DNA from: a virus
Length of the DNA: 64,000 nucleotides
Direction: 5' to 3' (one strand)
Virus record (IMG/VR): IMGVR_UViG_2030936005_000025
Coordinates: 44,451-108,450 of that record
Shown: positions 19,002-28,338 of the stretch, one piece after another
Layout: the number at the start of each line of letters is the position of its first letter
Numbering within the stretch: position 1 is the first letter of the stretch
Translations under genes and position numbers: made by a program
Notes under the pieces: model-generated
What the model was told of the DNA's origin: nothing
What the model saw: only the letters and a program-made list of their open reading frames with translations
The model's database searches: none

Positions 19002-19340
19002 TTAGTTGATTGTTGGACGAGGTGCGATACGCAATACGACCAGAGGGTTAGAACGAATGGCAGGATTCATGATACCGAGAATCCAACCCTGTGCGTTTTG
19101 GTTGAAGTAGATCTGACCTTCGTAGGTAAAGTCTTTAGAGAAATCCAGACTCGCTGTCTTCACATTCTCAGAAAGGTCTTCATCCTGCCACTGATCTTCT
19201 TTACGAAGAGGGACAACTTCATAACGCTTTTCAGCGATATAGATGAAACATTTACCTTTACGAACATAAACCTTTGCAGGTTCTCTGTTCAATGCCTGAC
19301 ACTGATACATGTCAAGCGATTTCAATTCAACACGATCCAT
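19002..19340 (-). CDS. Hypothetical protein, paralog family B
   Basis: Shares the family motif; C-terminal VVLRIA versus VYMLRA. Confidence 0.65.
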   Translation of the reverse strand: MDRVELKSLDMYQCQALNREPAKVYVRKGKCFIYIAEKRYEVVPLRKEDQWQDEDLSENVKTASLDFSKDFTYEGQIYFNQNAQGWILGIMNPAIRSNPLVVLRIAPRPTIN

Positions 19341-19633
19341 TAACGCACTCCCTTACGTTTAGCAACAGGATACTGGTTACCTGCTTTACCTGTCACCACT
19401 TTCTTGTGACCACGGCCATTGGTAGAAATATCATGACCTAAGTCAGCTGACTTAGGATCCTCTTTAGCAGGATTAAGAACTGATTCAACGGCATTGCACA
19501 GTAAATGTGTCTGGACATCTTTGAACGCACTCTCAGGAGGGATAGATCCCTGCTCACCTTTGATCAATTTGTTTCTTTCCAGCTGTTCGGGTAACAGGAG
19601 AGAATCTACTAAAGTTTTCTTTTCTTGAGACAT
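19340..19633 (-). CDS. Hypothetical protein with basic C-terminal tail
   Basis: Ends GRGHKKVVTGKAGNQYPVAKRKGVR; SD aggag. Confidence 0.6.
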   Translation of the reverse strand: MSQEKKTLVDSLLLPEQLERNKLIKGEQGSIPPESAFKDVQTHLLCNAVESVLNPAKEDPKSADLGHDISTNGRGHKKVVTGKAGNQYPVAKRKGVR

Positions 19634-19648
19634 AACAAACTCCTATAA

Positions 19649-19676
19649 GCGTATCTAGGGATATCCCTAGATACGC
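19649..19676. repeat. Perfect 28-bp palindrome
   Basis: gcgtatctagggatatccctagatacgc, intergenic. Confidence 0.9.
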
Positions 19677-19685
19677 CCTGTAGTA

Positions 19686-19826
19686 TTATTTCTTTTTGTC
19701 TTTGGCTTTGTCAGCATCGTTATATTCTTTACCGACAGATTGAGGAACCCCAACCTTTTTAGCAAACTCTGGTGAGTGTGCTACAGCCGCCATAAACTTC
19801 TTTTGTTTCTCAGATACACTGGGCAT
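19686..19826 (-). CDS. 46-aa basic microprotein (absent from ORF track)
   Basis: MPSVSEKQKKFMAAVAHSPEFAKKVGVPQSVGKEYNDADKAKDKKK; SD ggag. Confidence 0.75.
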   Translation of the reverse strand: MPSVSEKQKKFMAAVAHSPEFAKKVGVPQSVGKEYNDADKAKDKKK

Positions 19827-19857
19827 GACATTCTCCAACGTTAAGTCAAAGAATTAA

Positions 19858-20226
19858 TTATGCTTTCAGTAGTTCACCAATCCAGGCTTCCATCATGTTG
19901 TTCATAGGACGCGACACTGTTTCAGCACAGTGATGAACAATTGGAATATGACGGTAAGGTCCAGAGCCAGAGCCTGTACGAAGATACTTAAAAACATCGA
20001 CCAACTTACCAGTCTGTGGGTTCCAGTGCCAACCAAAGCGAGAGAGAAGTTTCTTCTGGTTGCGTTTGGAAAGAGATTTAATTTTACCTTTATTTACTTC
20101 GGCGTGTTTTAGAAGTTGGGTGATCTTCTCACTATGTGAACTTTTTGAACGAAGTACTTTGAGCAGGTATTGAGTATCAGCTGGAACTTCTTTACCAACC
20201 TCAACACCATTAGAGATATTGGTCAT
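19858..20226 (-). CDS. Basic hypothetical protein
   Basis: 122 aa in operon. Confidence 0.55.
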   Translation of the reverse strand: MTNISNGVEVGKEVPADTQYLLKVLRSKSSHSEKITQLLKHAEVNKGKIKSLSKRNQKKLLSRFGWHWNPQTGKLVDVFKYLRTGSGSGPYRHIPIVHHCAETVSRPMNNMMEAWIGELLKA

Positions 20227-20238
20227 AAATACTCTTCT

Positions 20239-20598
20239 TTATTTATATTTGTGATAGTGGACCAGAAGCGGCTTACCTTCTATCAGTTTAGCGGATTCTG
20301 AGAGATATTCATAAGGGGTAATATACAACCAGCACTCACCACCAATCTGCCAAGCCAGGAAACGACCGTCAATAATCGTATCTTTATCAAGGCTGATTAG
20401 ATCGTGATCAATAAACATGTTGCTTTCAGTGTCATTACAAGAGGGTGCCGCGGCAGGGTATTCACCAACAATGCCTCGCCACTGTCCGTCCATGGTAAAT
20501 GGAATCAACTCACCTTTATGAATGATAACCGAACCCAACTGACCGTTCATCATTTTGTACTGACCAGCAGTAAGTTTAGGAAGACCTTTAACTGACAT
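20239..20598 (-). CDS. Hypothetical protein (distant family B)
   Basis: N-terminus parallels 18617 and 19002 (L..L...Q.....G.V.I.KG). Confidence 0.55.
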   Translation of the reverse strand: MSVKGLPKLTAGQYKMMNGQLGSVIIHKGELIPFTMDGQWRGIVGEYPAAAPSCNDTESNMFIDHDLISLDKDTIIDGRFLAWQIGGECWLYITPYEYLSESAKLIEGKPLLVHYHKYK

Positions 20599-20603
20599 TT
20601 ATT

Positions 20604-20819
20604 TTACCACCATTTGCGATCATCGCCACCGAAGAGATAACGGCGAACAGTGTTTGGAATAAAGAAATGTAACGTGCTGAATAACGAAATGGCCAACAAC
20701 ACGCTACAGATGACAATAGCAGGGTTTTTATCCAGCTCCTGATTGTATCCCATATAAGAGATGAAACCGGTGATCACCCAACACAACACCATAATGATAA
20801 ACTCTAGGAATCTTTCCAT
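20604..20819 (-). CDS. Small two-TM membrane protein
   Basis: Two hydrophobic helices. Confidence 0.6.
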   Translation of the reverse strand: MERFLEFIIMVLCWVITGFISYMGYNQELDKNPAIVICSVLLAISLFSTLHFFIPNTVRRYLFGGDDRKWW

Positions 20820-21127
20820 TAACGATGTCCTTTACGTGTTTTAGATACTGGCCAGGAGTGACGTTTACCTTTAACGATTTCCTGACGACTGTTACCTTTA
20901 ACAGTGATCGGATTGTCTTTCGGTTCTTCCTTAATGATGTAATCGTATTCGAGCATTGCCTGGGTACCTTTAACAACCTGAAACCCAGCTGCTTCCAGTT
21001 CGTGAAGCCAGGAAGGTTCCATGGGATTACCGCCATGAACAATAACCTTTCTTGGTTCAGAATTAACGAAGTTATTACGACCCGTTATTTGGATCGCACC
21101 AATGTTCTTTGACGTTCTTCCTTCCAT
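20819..21127 (-). CDS. Hypothetical protein with GNSRQ...HSWP basic tail
   Basis: C-terminus shared with 21127-21309. Confidence 0.65.
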   Translation of the reverse strand: MEGRTSKNIGAIQITGRNNFVNSEPRKVIVHGGNPMEPSWLHELEAAGFQVVKGTQAMLEYDYIIKEEPKDNPITVKGNSRQEIVKGKRHSWPVSKTRKGHR

Positions 21128-21309
21128 TATCGCTTACCTCGACGTTTGGGTTCAGGCCAGGAGTGTTTACCGCCGACAATACGTTTCTGACGGGAATTAC
21201 CTGCTACCGTTTCCGGTTCATAATTCCGGTACTGTTTCATATTGGCTGTTGATGCTGCAACAAGTGAGAGTACTTTGATCAACTCACCCGTTATAAAGTT
21301 CTTTGACAT
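21127..21309 (-). CDS. Hypothetical protein with GNSRQ...HSWP basic tail
   Basis: 60 aa; SD aagga. Confidence 0.6.
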   Translation of the reverse strand: MSKNFITGELIKVLSLVAASTANMKQYRNYEPETVAGNSRQKRIVGGKHSWPEPKRRGKR

Positions 21310-21349
21310 ACATATCCTTAATAGAGGGGGAGCAATCCCCCTCTATTTA

Positions 21350-21943
21350 TTAGGAGAGCAGTAGCGAAGGTTTAAGTCTTTCAATAAAACGAAGACTGGT
21401 TGTAATCTCACCTTTCTCAACCAACTCACGAGCCACTTGACACAGTGAACGTTCGGTAGTGAAAACAAGGCGGTTGCAATGACTGTCGTCAACATGGGAG
21501 AACGTATCAACAAAGTTGTCGATCTCTTCTGAATATTCAACGGTATTACGAAATGCGAACAAAGGTTCTGCTGTGATTTTCAGGTTATAATGATATACGG
21601 CCTGATAAAGGAAAACACGAACCTGATGCTGGTAGATCTTATCCGCAGACTTGGTGTCGAAGATAAGTTCAATCCAGTTGCCACCGTTGCCCTTTAGTGT
21701 CGCTGTTAGCTCGTCAGCATACATATCCAAAGTGTAACCACGGTTGGCCATAACCTTGGCTGCACCTTTCAGCTTGATGCGCTGAATGATATCTTCATGA
21801 ATACTTGGGTATGCTTTCAATGCAGCACGCACAGGACAACCACTCAGACGGTCCATCTGAACTAAGCTCAGACCAGCCTGGATGTTTGATTTGTGGTGAT
21901 GCATTTCACGAGCCAGCGTATTAGAAGGGTCTAAATTTAACAT
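21350..21943 (-). CDS. Hypothetical protein
   Basis: 197 aa followed by a hairpin at ~21322-21345. Confidence 0.65.
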   Translation of the reverse strand: MLNLDPSNTLAREMHHHKSNIQAGLSLVQMDRLSGCPVRAALKAYPSIHEDIIQRIKLKGAAKVMANRGYTLDMYADELTATLKGNGGNWIELIFDTKSADKIYQHQVRVFLYQAVYHYNLKITAEPLFAFRNTVEYSEEIDNFVDTFSHVDDSHCNRLVFTTERSLCQVARELVEKGEITTSLRFIERLKPSLLLS

Positions 21944-22007
21944 GGGGGTAAATCCTTAAGCAAAGTAAAGTAAAAGTGTTATAGTCTTACATCGCTTCCG
22001 TATTAAG

Positions 22008-22958
22008 TTAATCCTTTTTATATCCCGACCTTCTTATGGTGAAGGCTTTCTTACCGAAAAGTAAGTTGGTATATTCTAAAGGAGAAAGAATAAAATCAGA
22101 TAAAGTACACCAGTCGTTATTATCGACCTTGTTTTTGAGCGGTGCTCTGCCGCCGTTAATGAACCTTGACATTACATTTGTTTTTACATTATCTTTTAAA
22201 TACGGATTGCCCGTATTAAAGACAACTGGATTCTCACGCAGCATAGCCGCATAGAGATCTTCATTGGCAAGAAAAAGTCTCAGATGATAGGGAAATGCTG
22301 GGACGTATTTTAACTCATCAATTCCCACATCTTCGAACAACTTAATGAGTCGTTGAGATTCCTTTTCTTTGTGGATCAACGTCTTATTGAATCTAGCTAA
22401 CTGGTAGATAGAGAACATGATTTCATCGTTGGATAAAACAGAACTGTTCGGATCCAACCAGAAGGCAGGATGATTCACATACTGTTGAATGTCCTCTACC
22501 GCCCCGTAGTACTTAACTGTAGGGTCTTTATGTTTAACGATCTTTGCTTGAGCAACAAAGATAGTCGGAACAGCAAGCTTGTCCTTCTTATCCTTATACG
22601 CGTAAAGACTTACTGGAACAGCAGTGTGACCTGCGGGGACTTCATCAGGATAAAGGAAGCCGTATTCCTCACCGCACCACATCGGGTAATCTTTACCGAA
22701 GTAATCGATATCCCGTGCAATACGCCAACCACCCGTCATGGTTTCAACTTTACTTTCACCAGTTCCAGACAAACGAACATAAACGACATTCGCATCTTCA
22801 ATAATACCACTACGAAGACACCAACCACCGCCGTTAGGCATGGCGTCGTGAATCTCGCCACTGTCATCAGTAATGAAGTACGGGTTCTTGAAACGTTGCC
22901 CATTGAAGGGAACAGTCATCCCAAATACAAATGGGTTATGGTTAAAATGCTTTTTCAT
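22008..22958 (-). CDS. Hypothetical protein
   Basis: 316 aa. Confidence 0.65.
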   Translation of the reverse strand: MKKHFNHNPFVFGMTVPFNGQRFKNPYFITDDSGEIHDAMPNGGGWCLRSGIIEDANVVYVRLSGTGESKVETMTGGWRIARDIDYFGKDYPMWCGEEYGFLYPDEVPAGHTAVPVSLYAYKDKKDKLAVPTIFVAQAKIVKHKDPTVKYYGAVEDIQQYVNHPAFWLDPNSSVLSNDEIMFSIYQLARFNKTLIHKEKESQRLIKLFEDVGIDELKYVPAFPYHLRLFLANEDLYAAMLRENPVVFNTGNPYLKDNVKTNVMSRFINGGRAPLKNKVDNNDWCTLSDFILSPLEYTNLLFGKKAFTIRRSGYKKD

Positions 22959-23428
22959 TTTTTATCCTTAGGAAGTTCCTGACCATAAAAGGTACATGTT
23001 TTACCATCGATGATCTTGGTTTCCCGATACCGATACCCAACTTTCGAGTCAGATAGTTTCAAGAGAACACTCACGGGGTTGAAGTCTTTAGGATCTGCAG
23101 ACTTACCATATGTTAACCCAACCTCAGTAATTGATGCATCATCAAGAGGTTGAAGAGGAGCGTTTTCTAGAAAACGCTTGGCCATTGCTTTAGCTCGAGC
23201 AGTGTCATAGGGTTGATGAGAAGTAAATTCAATGCGCCCAGAAGAAGTTATATTCAGTAATAAGGATGAACGGAAGGCGTCTTTCTGTTCTTGGGTCATG
23301 AAATGTTCAAAATCAAAACCAACAAGATGACCATCGTCATTGTAGATATGATACAGCTGAAATAATTTTAAAAGATGAGGTGCTTGTTCGACATCTTCTT
23401 TACTTGGAGTAAAGTACTCTACGGTCAT
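22955..23428 (-). CDS. Hypothetical protein
   Basis: 157 aa; SD aggag. Confidence 0.65.
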   Translation of the reverse strand: MTVEYFTPSKEDVEQAPHLLKLFQLYHIYNDDGHLVGFDFEHFMTQEQKDAFRSSLLLNITSSGRIEFTSHQPYDTARAKAMAKRFLENAPLQPLDDASITEVGLTYGKSADPKDFNPVSVLLKLSDSKVGYRYRETKIIDGKTCTFYGQELPKDKK

Positions 23429-23463
23429 GATAACTCCTAAGGGAATCCCTTCCCTCTTTTAAA

Positions 23464-23820
23464 TTAAGCGGATGGACGAGTCTTACCACTATTAGTCAAA
23501 GTGTGATTGTGGTTCAGGGAACGAACACGAGAAGATTCGATATCTTCCATTTGTACCTGAACATCACAACGACCTTTACCGGTGTGAGACATCGTGATGG
23601 TATAACGAACGTCAAGACGTTCTGCAGCGACGAGAACAGCATCGAAGCTAATTCCCTTAGTAATGTTATTACGGAGCTTAGAGATGATCCCAGGTGACAT
23701 ACGGATACTCTCTGCCAATTCACGGCCTGTAGTTCTCTGCAGGCGGAGACCGACCAGATAGCTCATACGAGAGATCAACATTTTCTTTGCTTTGATAACT
23801 GTTTCATTACTATAACGCAT
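23464..23820 (-). CDS. XRE/Cro-like HTH DNA-binding protein
   Basis: TGRELAESIRMSPGIISKLRNN...ISFDAVLVAAERL. True start is likely the ATG at 23820 (SD gaggt), since the promoter motif lies inside the longer ORF call. Confidence 0.65.
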   Translation of the reverse strand: MRYSNETVIKAKKMLISRMSYLVGLRLQRTTGRELAESIRMSPGIISKLRNNITKGISFDAVLVAAERLDVRYTITMSHTGKGRCDVQVQMEDIESSRVRSLNHNHTLTNSGKTRPSA

Positions 23821-23862
23821 GATGAATACCTCTAAATAGAATGGATTAAATATCTGTGATTG

Positions 23863-23885
23863 TACACTCTGATAATATCTGTCTG
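23863..23885 (-). promoter_or_regulatory. Putative phage early promoter
   Basis: Minus strand reads AGACAGATATTA-tcaga-GTGTA. Confidence 0.65.
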
Positions 23886-23949
23886 TATCCTTATGGGTTA
23901 AAGAAAACAACGATAAACTGAATACCCTCATCGAGGGTATTCAGAATGT

Positions 23950-25257
23950 TTATGCGAACATTTTAAACCAAGTCTGTTTGATACGAGAAACCAGACTCAC
24001 CGTGGGGCTTTCCAATACCACGACGTTATCTTTACTGCTGTTGATTAGACCATTAAGAACAAAGAAGTGATCGAAGATAAAGATGTTATCTCCTGCCACA
24101 CATTCAATGGAATAATACGGTTTACCATTGGTCCACGATACACAACGTACTCGTACACCTTTCTCATCAAAGTTAGAGAAGGTCAACTGCCCTTTTGCAA
24201 CGCGACCTTTGATATTGTCCACGATATCCTGATAGCAGGTCTTACCAATAAAGAAACTGCTGGAGAACACATCTGGCGTGATCTCAATCGTCTCTACATT
24301 GTGACCCGACATTTCCTGATAGTCGTTACCGTATTCCTGACGAAGCAACGCCAAGCCATTGATCAGCGTTCCGATCAGAATCCGATCTTCATTCAGGGTA
24401 ATGGCATCCATCGTTTTGTTGTTAGTCTCGATGAACTTAACACCACCCAGTTGAGGATCATTGATCCCGACAAGTTTGATCGCACGATCTTTGGTCTGTA
24501 GTGTCACACGGATCTCAGTCTTGCTGTCCTGACGAGCTAACAGACAGCCGGCTACCTTTTCGACCATGTTCAGTGTGATCGTACCAGATCCGTTGTTCTT
24601 GATCTGATTCACCAGGGTCTTCACTTCGTTCAAGCAGGTGATCTTTGGCGTGTACTTATTGACCAGAGCTTCTGTCTTGATAAAGAAGGGAAGATTGACT
24701 TTGGTAGAATGAATAATGGCATCATTCTGGATGATATTGAAACCGATTACCGGTTCGCCTTTTACATAAGTAATAGTGTCGATCATGACACTGGCGATTA
24801 ATTTTTGGGCTGCATGATGATTAATGTAGATCGGGTTATCCGATCCAAAACGGAACCAGTTGTAGACACGTTTCATCACGCTTGCATAGATCTTAGCGTT
24901 TAACAGTGCTTTGCTGTTTTCTGTGAAGTACAACGTTTCAGGATAGGAACCCTCACCAAAGAACAGATCGGTATAAGGAATGTTCCCGTAAGTGTCTTCA
25001 AGACGACTGAACTCATTCAGTGCTTTGTTCAGATCCTGAGTTTGGAAAAGACCGTCGTCGTTTAATACGATCTTGGTCTGGCTGACTTTGGTTACCAGGA
25101 AAGGCAAACTGTTGTAAGTAAAGCTTGCGTTCTTGTTTTCTTCCGTGATTAATTCAGCTGTTTTCAACATCAGTTTAATAAACTGGACGTTATCACCAAC
25201 AGTGGTTAACGGGAAAGTTTTACCCAAAAAGATACGAATGTCAGAATGTCGTGCCAT
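23950..25257 (-). CDS. Hypothetical protein
   Basis: 435 aa, followed by hairpin tgaataccctc-atc-gagggtattca. Confidence 0.7.
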   Translation of the reverse strand: MARHSDIRIFLGKTFPLTTVGDNVQFIKLMLKTAELITEENKNASFTYNSLPFLVTKVSQTKIVLNDDGLFQTQDLNKALNEFSRLEDTYGNIPYTDLFFGEGSYPETLYFTENSKALLNAKIYASVMKRVYNWFRFGSDNPIYINHHAAQKLIASVMIDTITYVKGEPVIGFNIIQNDAIIHSTKVNLPFFIKTEALVNKYTPKITCLNEVKTLVNQIKNNGSGTITLNMVEKVAGCLLARQDSKTEIRVTLQTKDRAIKLVGINDPQLGGVKFIETNNKTMDAITLNEDRILIGTLINGLALLRQEYGNDYQEMSGHNVETIEITPDVFSSSFFIGKTCYQDIVDNIKGRVAKGQLTFSNFDEKGVRVRCVSWTNGKPYYSIECVAGDNIFIFDHFFVLNGLINSSKDNVVVLESPTVSLVSRIKQTWFKMFA

Positions 25258-25358
25258 GTGTTACCCTTATTATATTAGACCAGTATTTTACCAACTAGCG
25301 TAACGAACAAACAAAAAGAATAGATGAGGTTTCCCCCATCTATTTCTTATTGGTGTTT

Positions 25359-27635
25359 TTATTTAACGGATTTTAGTACCCACTGTTCCAAGAACTTCAG
25401 GATATTCAACATTTTATCCTGATACGCCTTCTCCAGTTTGACCAGTTCATCGGTAGCATATTCCCAAGAACACGCATCGATAGTTGAACCAGCAAGATCA
25501 CTGGAAAGGTGTTTGTCCCAGAACTTGCTCTTATAGAAGTCATCTTCTTCAAGAGTACTTGCACTGAGTTTACCAGTGCGTTCAGCCATATCAGAAACTT
25601 GTTCAAGAATGGCGTAAACAAGATCACCCACTTCCTTGATCTTATCTTTATTCAGCACCGGGACTTCAACCGCTTTGGTCTTCACATCCAGGCTGTCCAA
25701 TCCTGCATCACTGATAACCCCAGTAATGAGTTCTGGTTTGATCGGATAAGAGGAATCGCCTTCAGAGATTGGCGTGTCTTCAGGAGAGTTCTTGAACTTG
25801 TTAAAGACTTTAACGCCGTTAGCAATACGCTCTTTAGCATTGCCGTGGGCTTTCTTGTAGGTTGCCTCTACACGAGAAGTCACCAGGTTCAAGATAGTCT
25901 TGGCATCAGCAGGTGAGTCGATGCTTTCCAACAGACCAGGAACAGAGAGCTTGACTTTACCAACGTTGATAAACTTCTGCTCTGCTTGCCACTTCTCAGA
26001 GGTATAGAGGTTAAACGCACCCCAACCTTCGCCAGTGTCTTTCTTGATCTTGGACAGTTCATGAGAGGCTGGTTTCTTCTTGAGCAAAGCAGCGATGTTA
26101 TTAAAACCACTCTTAACTTGCTCCAGGAAACCTTCCATGCCCGCGATAGTCGGTTCGATCTCAGTACCGTAACGCTGCTTGATATCTTCAGCTGCCGCAG
26201 TTAGTAACTCGCTACCATCAGCGAACTGTTCCAGACCGGCAGACTCAGGTTCTGCATCACGGTAACCAGTAATTACAGTTTCCAGCGTTTCGATATCATT
26301 CTGCATATCAAACTGAGCTTCGATCAGTTCAGCACGACCAGGTTCGGCTGGTTCAATAGCTTCCACGAAGTCAGGATCAACCATTGGGTTGCGTTCAGCA
26401 GCTTCGGTGCTAACTTCAGGACCTGGCTCTGCGATCGTCGCAGCATCAACGGCAGCAACACCACCTTCTGGCGCTTCAGCGGTCAGCGTGGCTTGTTCGA
26501 TACCTTCTGGGGTATCCAGTACAGCGGGTTCTGGATTATCCGTTGGTAGGGTTTGCTGATCAGTGACTTCGGGACCGGCGTTGACATCAACAATGGTCGC
26601 AGTGATCAGGGTATTGGGTTTCTCTTCCAACACGACATTACAAGCGGCTTTATACTGATCGTGCCAGCCAGGCTGTGCCATATCGATAGTAGTGCCGTTT
26701 GGAGCGTGAAGGATGTCACCCAGGGATTCACCACCCATGATTTCGATTGGTATATAAGAAACGTCAGCATCTGGGTTTTCAGCCAGATAAGCTTGCCATT
26801 CATTATTATAGCGAACGATCGCAACTTGATCGCTACCATCACCAGTGCTACCATCAGGGAAGTTTAGAATTGGAAAATCGGACATAACAACTTTCTCCTC
26901 TTCGATTCCCAGCGGATCTCGGCGATCATTCATACGCGCGAGTCGTGCTTCGAAATCGATAGGGTTGGATTCAGCTTTACCACCATTGGCGATAGCTGAT
27001 TTCAAAGATTCATGAAACTCATCAGGACTACCTAACTCCTTAGCCCACTCTTTGATCCCTTGTTTCAATGACTTATTAAACCAGTCGGGATCATCGTTCA
27101 TGTTTTCCATACCGGCAAGTGTAAAGAGATCTCCGGCCAAATAATCCTGACCTAAGAACTCACCTTCACCCAGAACGATCTTCTTGCTAGCAGGGTCTGC
27201 TTCACAAGAATCGATGAAATCATTCCACGCGCCTTTCATCATACCGATGAAACCTTCCGTATTACCACGGGAGATGTAGCGTTGAATGTATTCTTCTTTC
27301 AATTCACGTTCTGGATATGCCAGCACATAATCGATACCTTGATCACGGAGCATCTCACGAACTGCTTCATGACTCGATACCAGAATAATCACATCGTCTA
27401 AACGCTCAAGGGTATCTTTGATGTGTTTGACGTAGTTACCAGGGAAGAACTCTTTATCGAATTTAGAGCTATCAGAGTCGAATACAGGGATCCCATCACC
27501 AGCCGGTACTTGGATCTCATATTCTTTAGTAAAGTCGTTAAAGAAGACGTGAGCGGGTTTTAGACCACGTTCATCTGCTTCCTTAAAGATTGTGCTTTTA
27601 CCCACCGCTGGGAAAGCAGAAAGAACAAGCTTCAT
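25359..27635 (-). CDS. Putative processed internal head protein with N-terminal P-loop kinase-like domain
   Basis: SAFPAVGKS Walker-A-like motif, DSDSS and VSSH motifs, an acidic linker and AG(M/L)E sites resembling phiKZ-group prohead protease sites. Confidence 0.55.
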   Translation of the reverse strand: MKLVLSAFPAVGKSTIFKEADERGLKPAHVFFNDFTKEYEIQVPAGDGIPVFDSDSSKFDKEFFPGNYVKHIKDTLERLDDVIILVSSHEAVREMLRDQGIDYVLAYPERELKEEYIQRYISRGNTEGFIGMMKGAWNDFIDSCEADPASKKIVLGEGEFLGQDYLAGDLFTLAGMENMNDDPDWFNKSLKQGIKEWAKELGSPDEFHESLKSAIANGGKAESNPIDFEARLARMNDRRDPLGIEEEKVVMSDFPILNFPDGSTGDGSDQVAIVRYNNEWQAYLAENPDADVSYIPIEIMGGESLGDILHAPNGTTIDMAQPGWHDQYKAACNVVLEEKPNTLITATIVDVNAGPEVTDQQTLPTDNPEPAVLDTPEGIEQATLTAEAPEGGVAAVDAATIAEPGPEVSTEAAERNPMVDPDFVEAIEPAEPGRAELIEAQFDMQNDIETLETVITGYRDAEPESAGLEQFADGSELLTAAAEDIKQRYGTEIEPTIAGMEGFLEQVKSGFNNIAALLKKKPASHELSKIKKDTGEGWGAFNLYTSEKWQAEQKFINVGKVKLSVPGLLESIDSPADAKTILNLVTSRVEATYKKAHGNAKERIANGVKVFNKFKNSPEDTPISEGDSSYPIKPELITGVISDAGLDSLDVKTKAVEVPVLNKDKIKEVGDLVYAILEQVSDMAERTGKLSASTLEEDDFYKSKFWDKHLSSDLAGSTIDACSWEYATDELVKLEKAYQDKMLNILKFLEQWVLKSVK

Positions 27636-27665
27636 TATCTAACCTCAGGTTATATGACATAAAAT

Positions 27666-27715
27666 CAAAAAAAAATAAAGAGATAAACAAGGTACTGGAG
27701 ATTCTCCAGTACCTG
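27666..27715 (-). terminator. Intrinsic terminator
   Basis: ggtactggag-att-ctccagtacc plus a CA9TAAAG tract. Confidence 0.65.
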
Positions 27716-27722
27716 TCTATTA

Positions 27723-28256
27723 TTATTTACCCTTAAAACGGTTCCACGGTTTGTACGGGGTCTTCTGGCTAGGAGGTGTTGGTGTGAACCCCTCATCTAT
27801 TTCAGAAGGCTCTGCAGCCGCTGCTTTTGCTAATACGTCACAAAGTTCATTATCAGGAATACCTGAGTGAGCTTTGACTTTAATGAACTCGACCTTATGA
27901 AAGAGGGTGAGTGCATGGAGACGCTTAAACAAGTCAGCATTTTTCACATCTTCAAATACACCAGGCTGCGGTTGTCTTTTCCATCCATTTTTAATCCAAC
28001 CCCACACCCACTTTGTAGCACCATCAATAGTGTATTGACTATCAGTATGAATCTTTACAACAGAACGTTCTTGAATCTGGGAAAGAGCATCGATAACTGC
28101 CATGATCTCCATCCGGTTGTTAGTGGTCTTGAAATAACCCTTAGAGTGTTCTGTTTTCAGATCGCCGTAAGTCGCTACCCAAGCGTACCCACCGGGGGCA
28201 CCATCCGCACTACCATTCCCTAACGCAGATCCATCAGTATAAATTATGTACTCCAA
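27723..28256 (-). CDS. rnhA: Ribonuclease HI
   Basis: IYTDGS, TTNNRME, TDSQY, W..NGWK, VKNADL and VKAHSG..NE..D motifs. Confidence 0.95.
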   Translation of the reverse strand: MEYIIYTDGSALGNGSADGAPGGYAWVATYGDLKTEHSKGYFKTTNNRMEIMAVIDALSQIQERSVVKIHTDSQYTIDGATKWVWGWIKNGWKRQPQPGVFEDVKNADLFKRLHALTLFHKVEFIKVKAHSGIPDNELCDVLAKAAAAEPSEIDEGFTPTPPSQKTPYKPWNRFKGK

Positions 28257-28338
28257 GGTACACCTCCAATTTTTGTACTCCTATTATGGTGGGTTAACTG
28301 AAATAAAACTCCTGAGTTTTACCCCAGGAGTAAATGGA

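Noticed and set aside
23821..23931. N-terminal extension of the HTH ORF
   Set aside because: The region contains the promoter motif, and an SD precedes the ATG at 23820.
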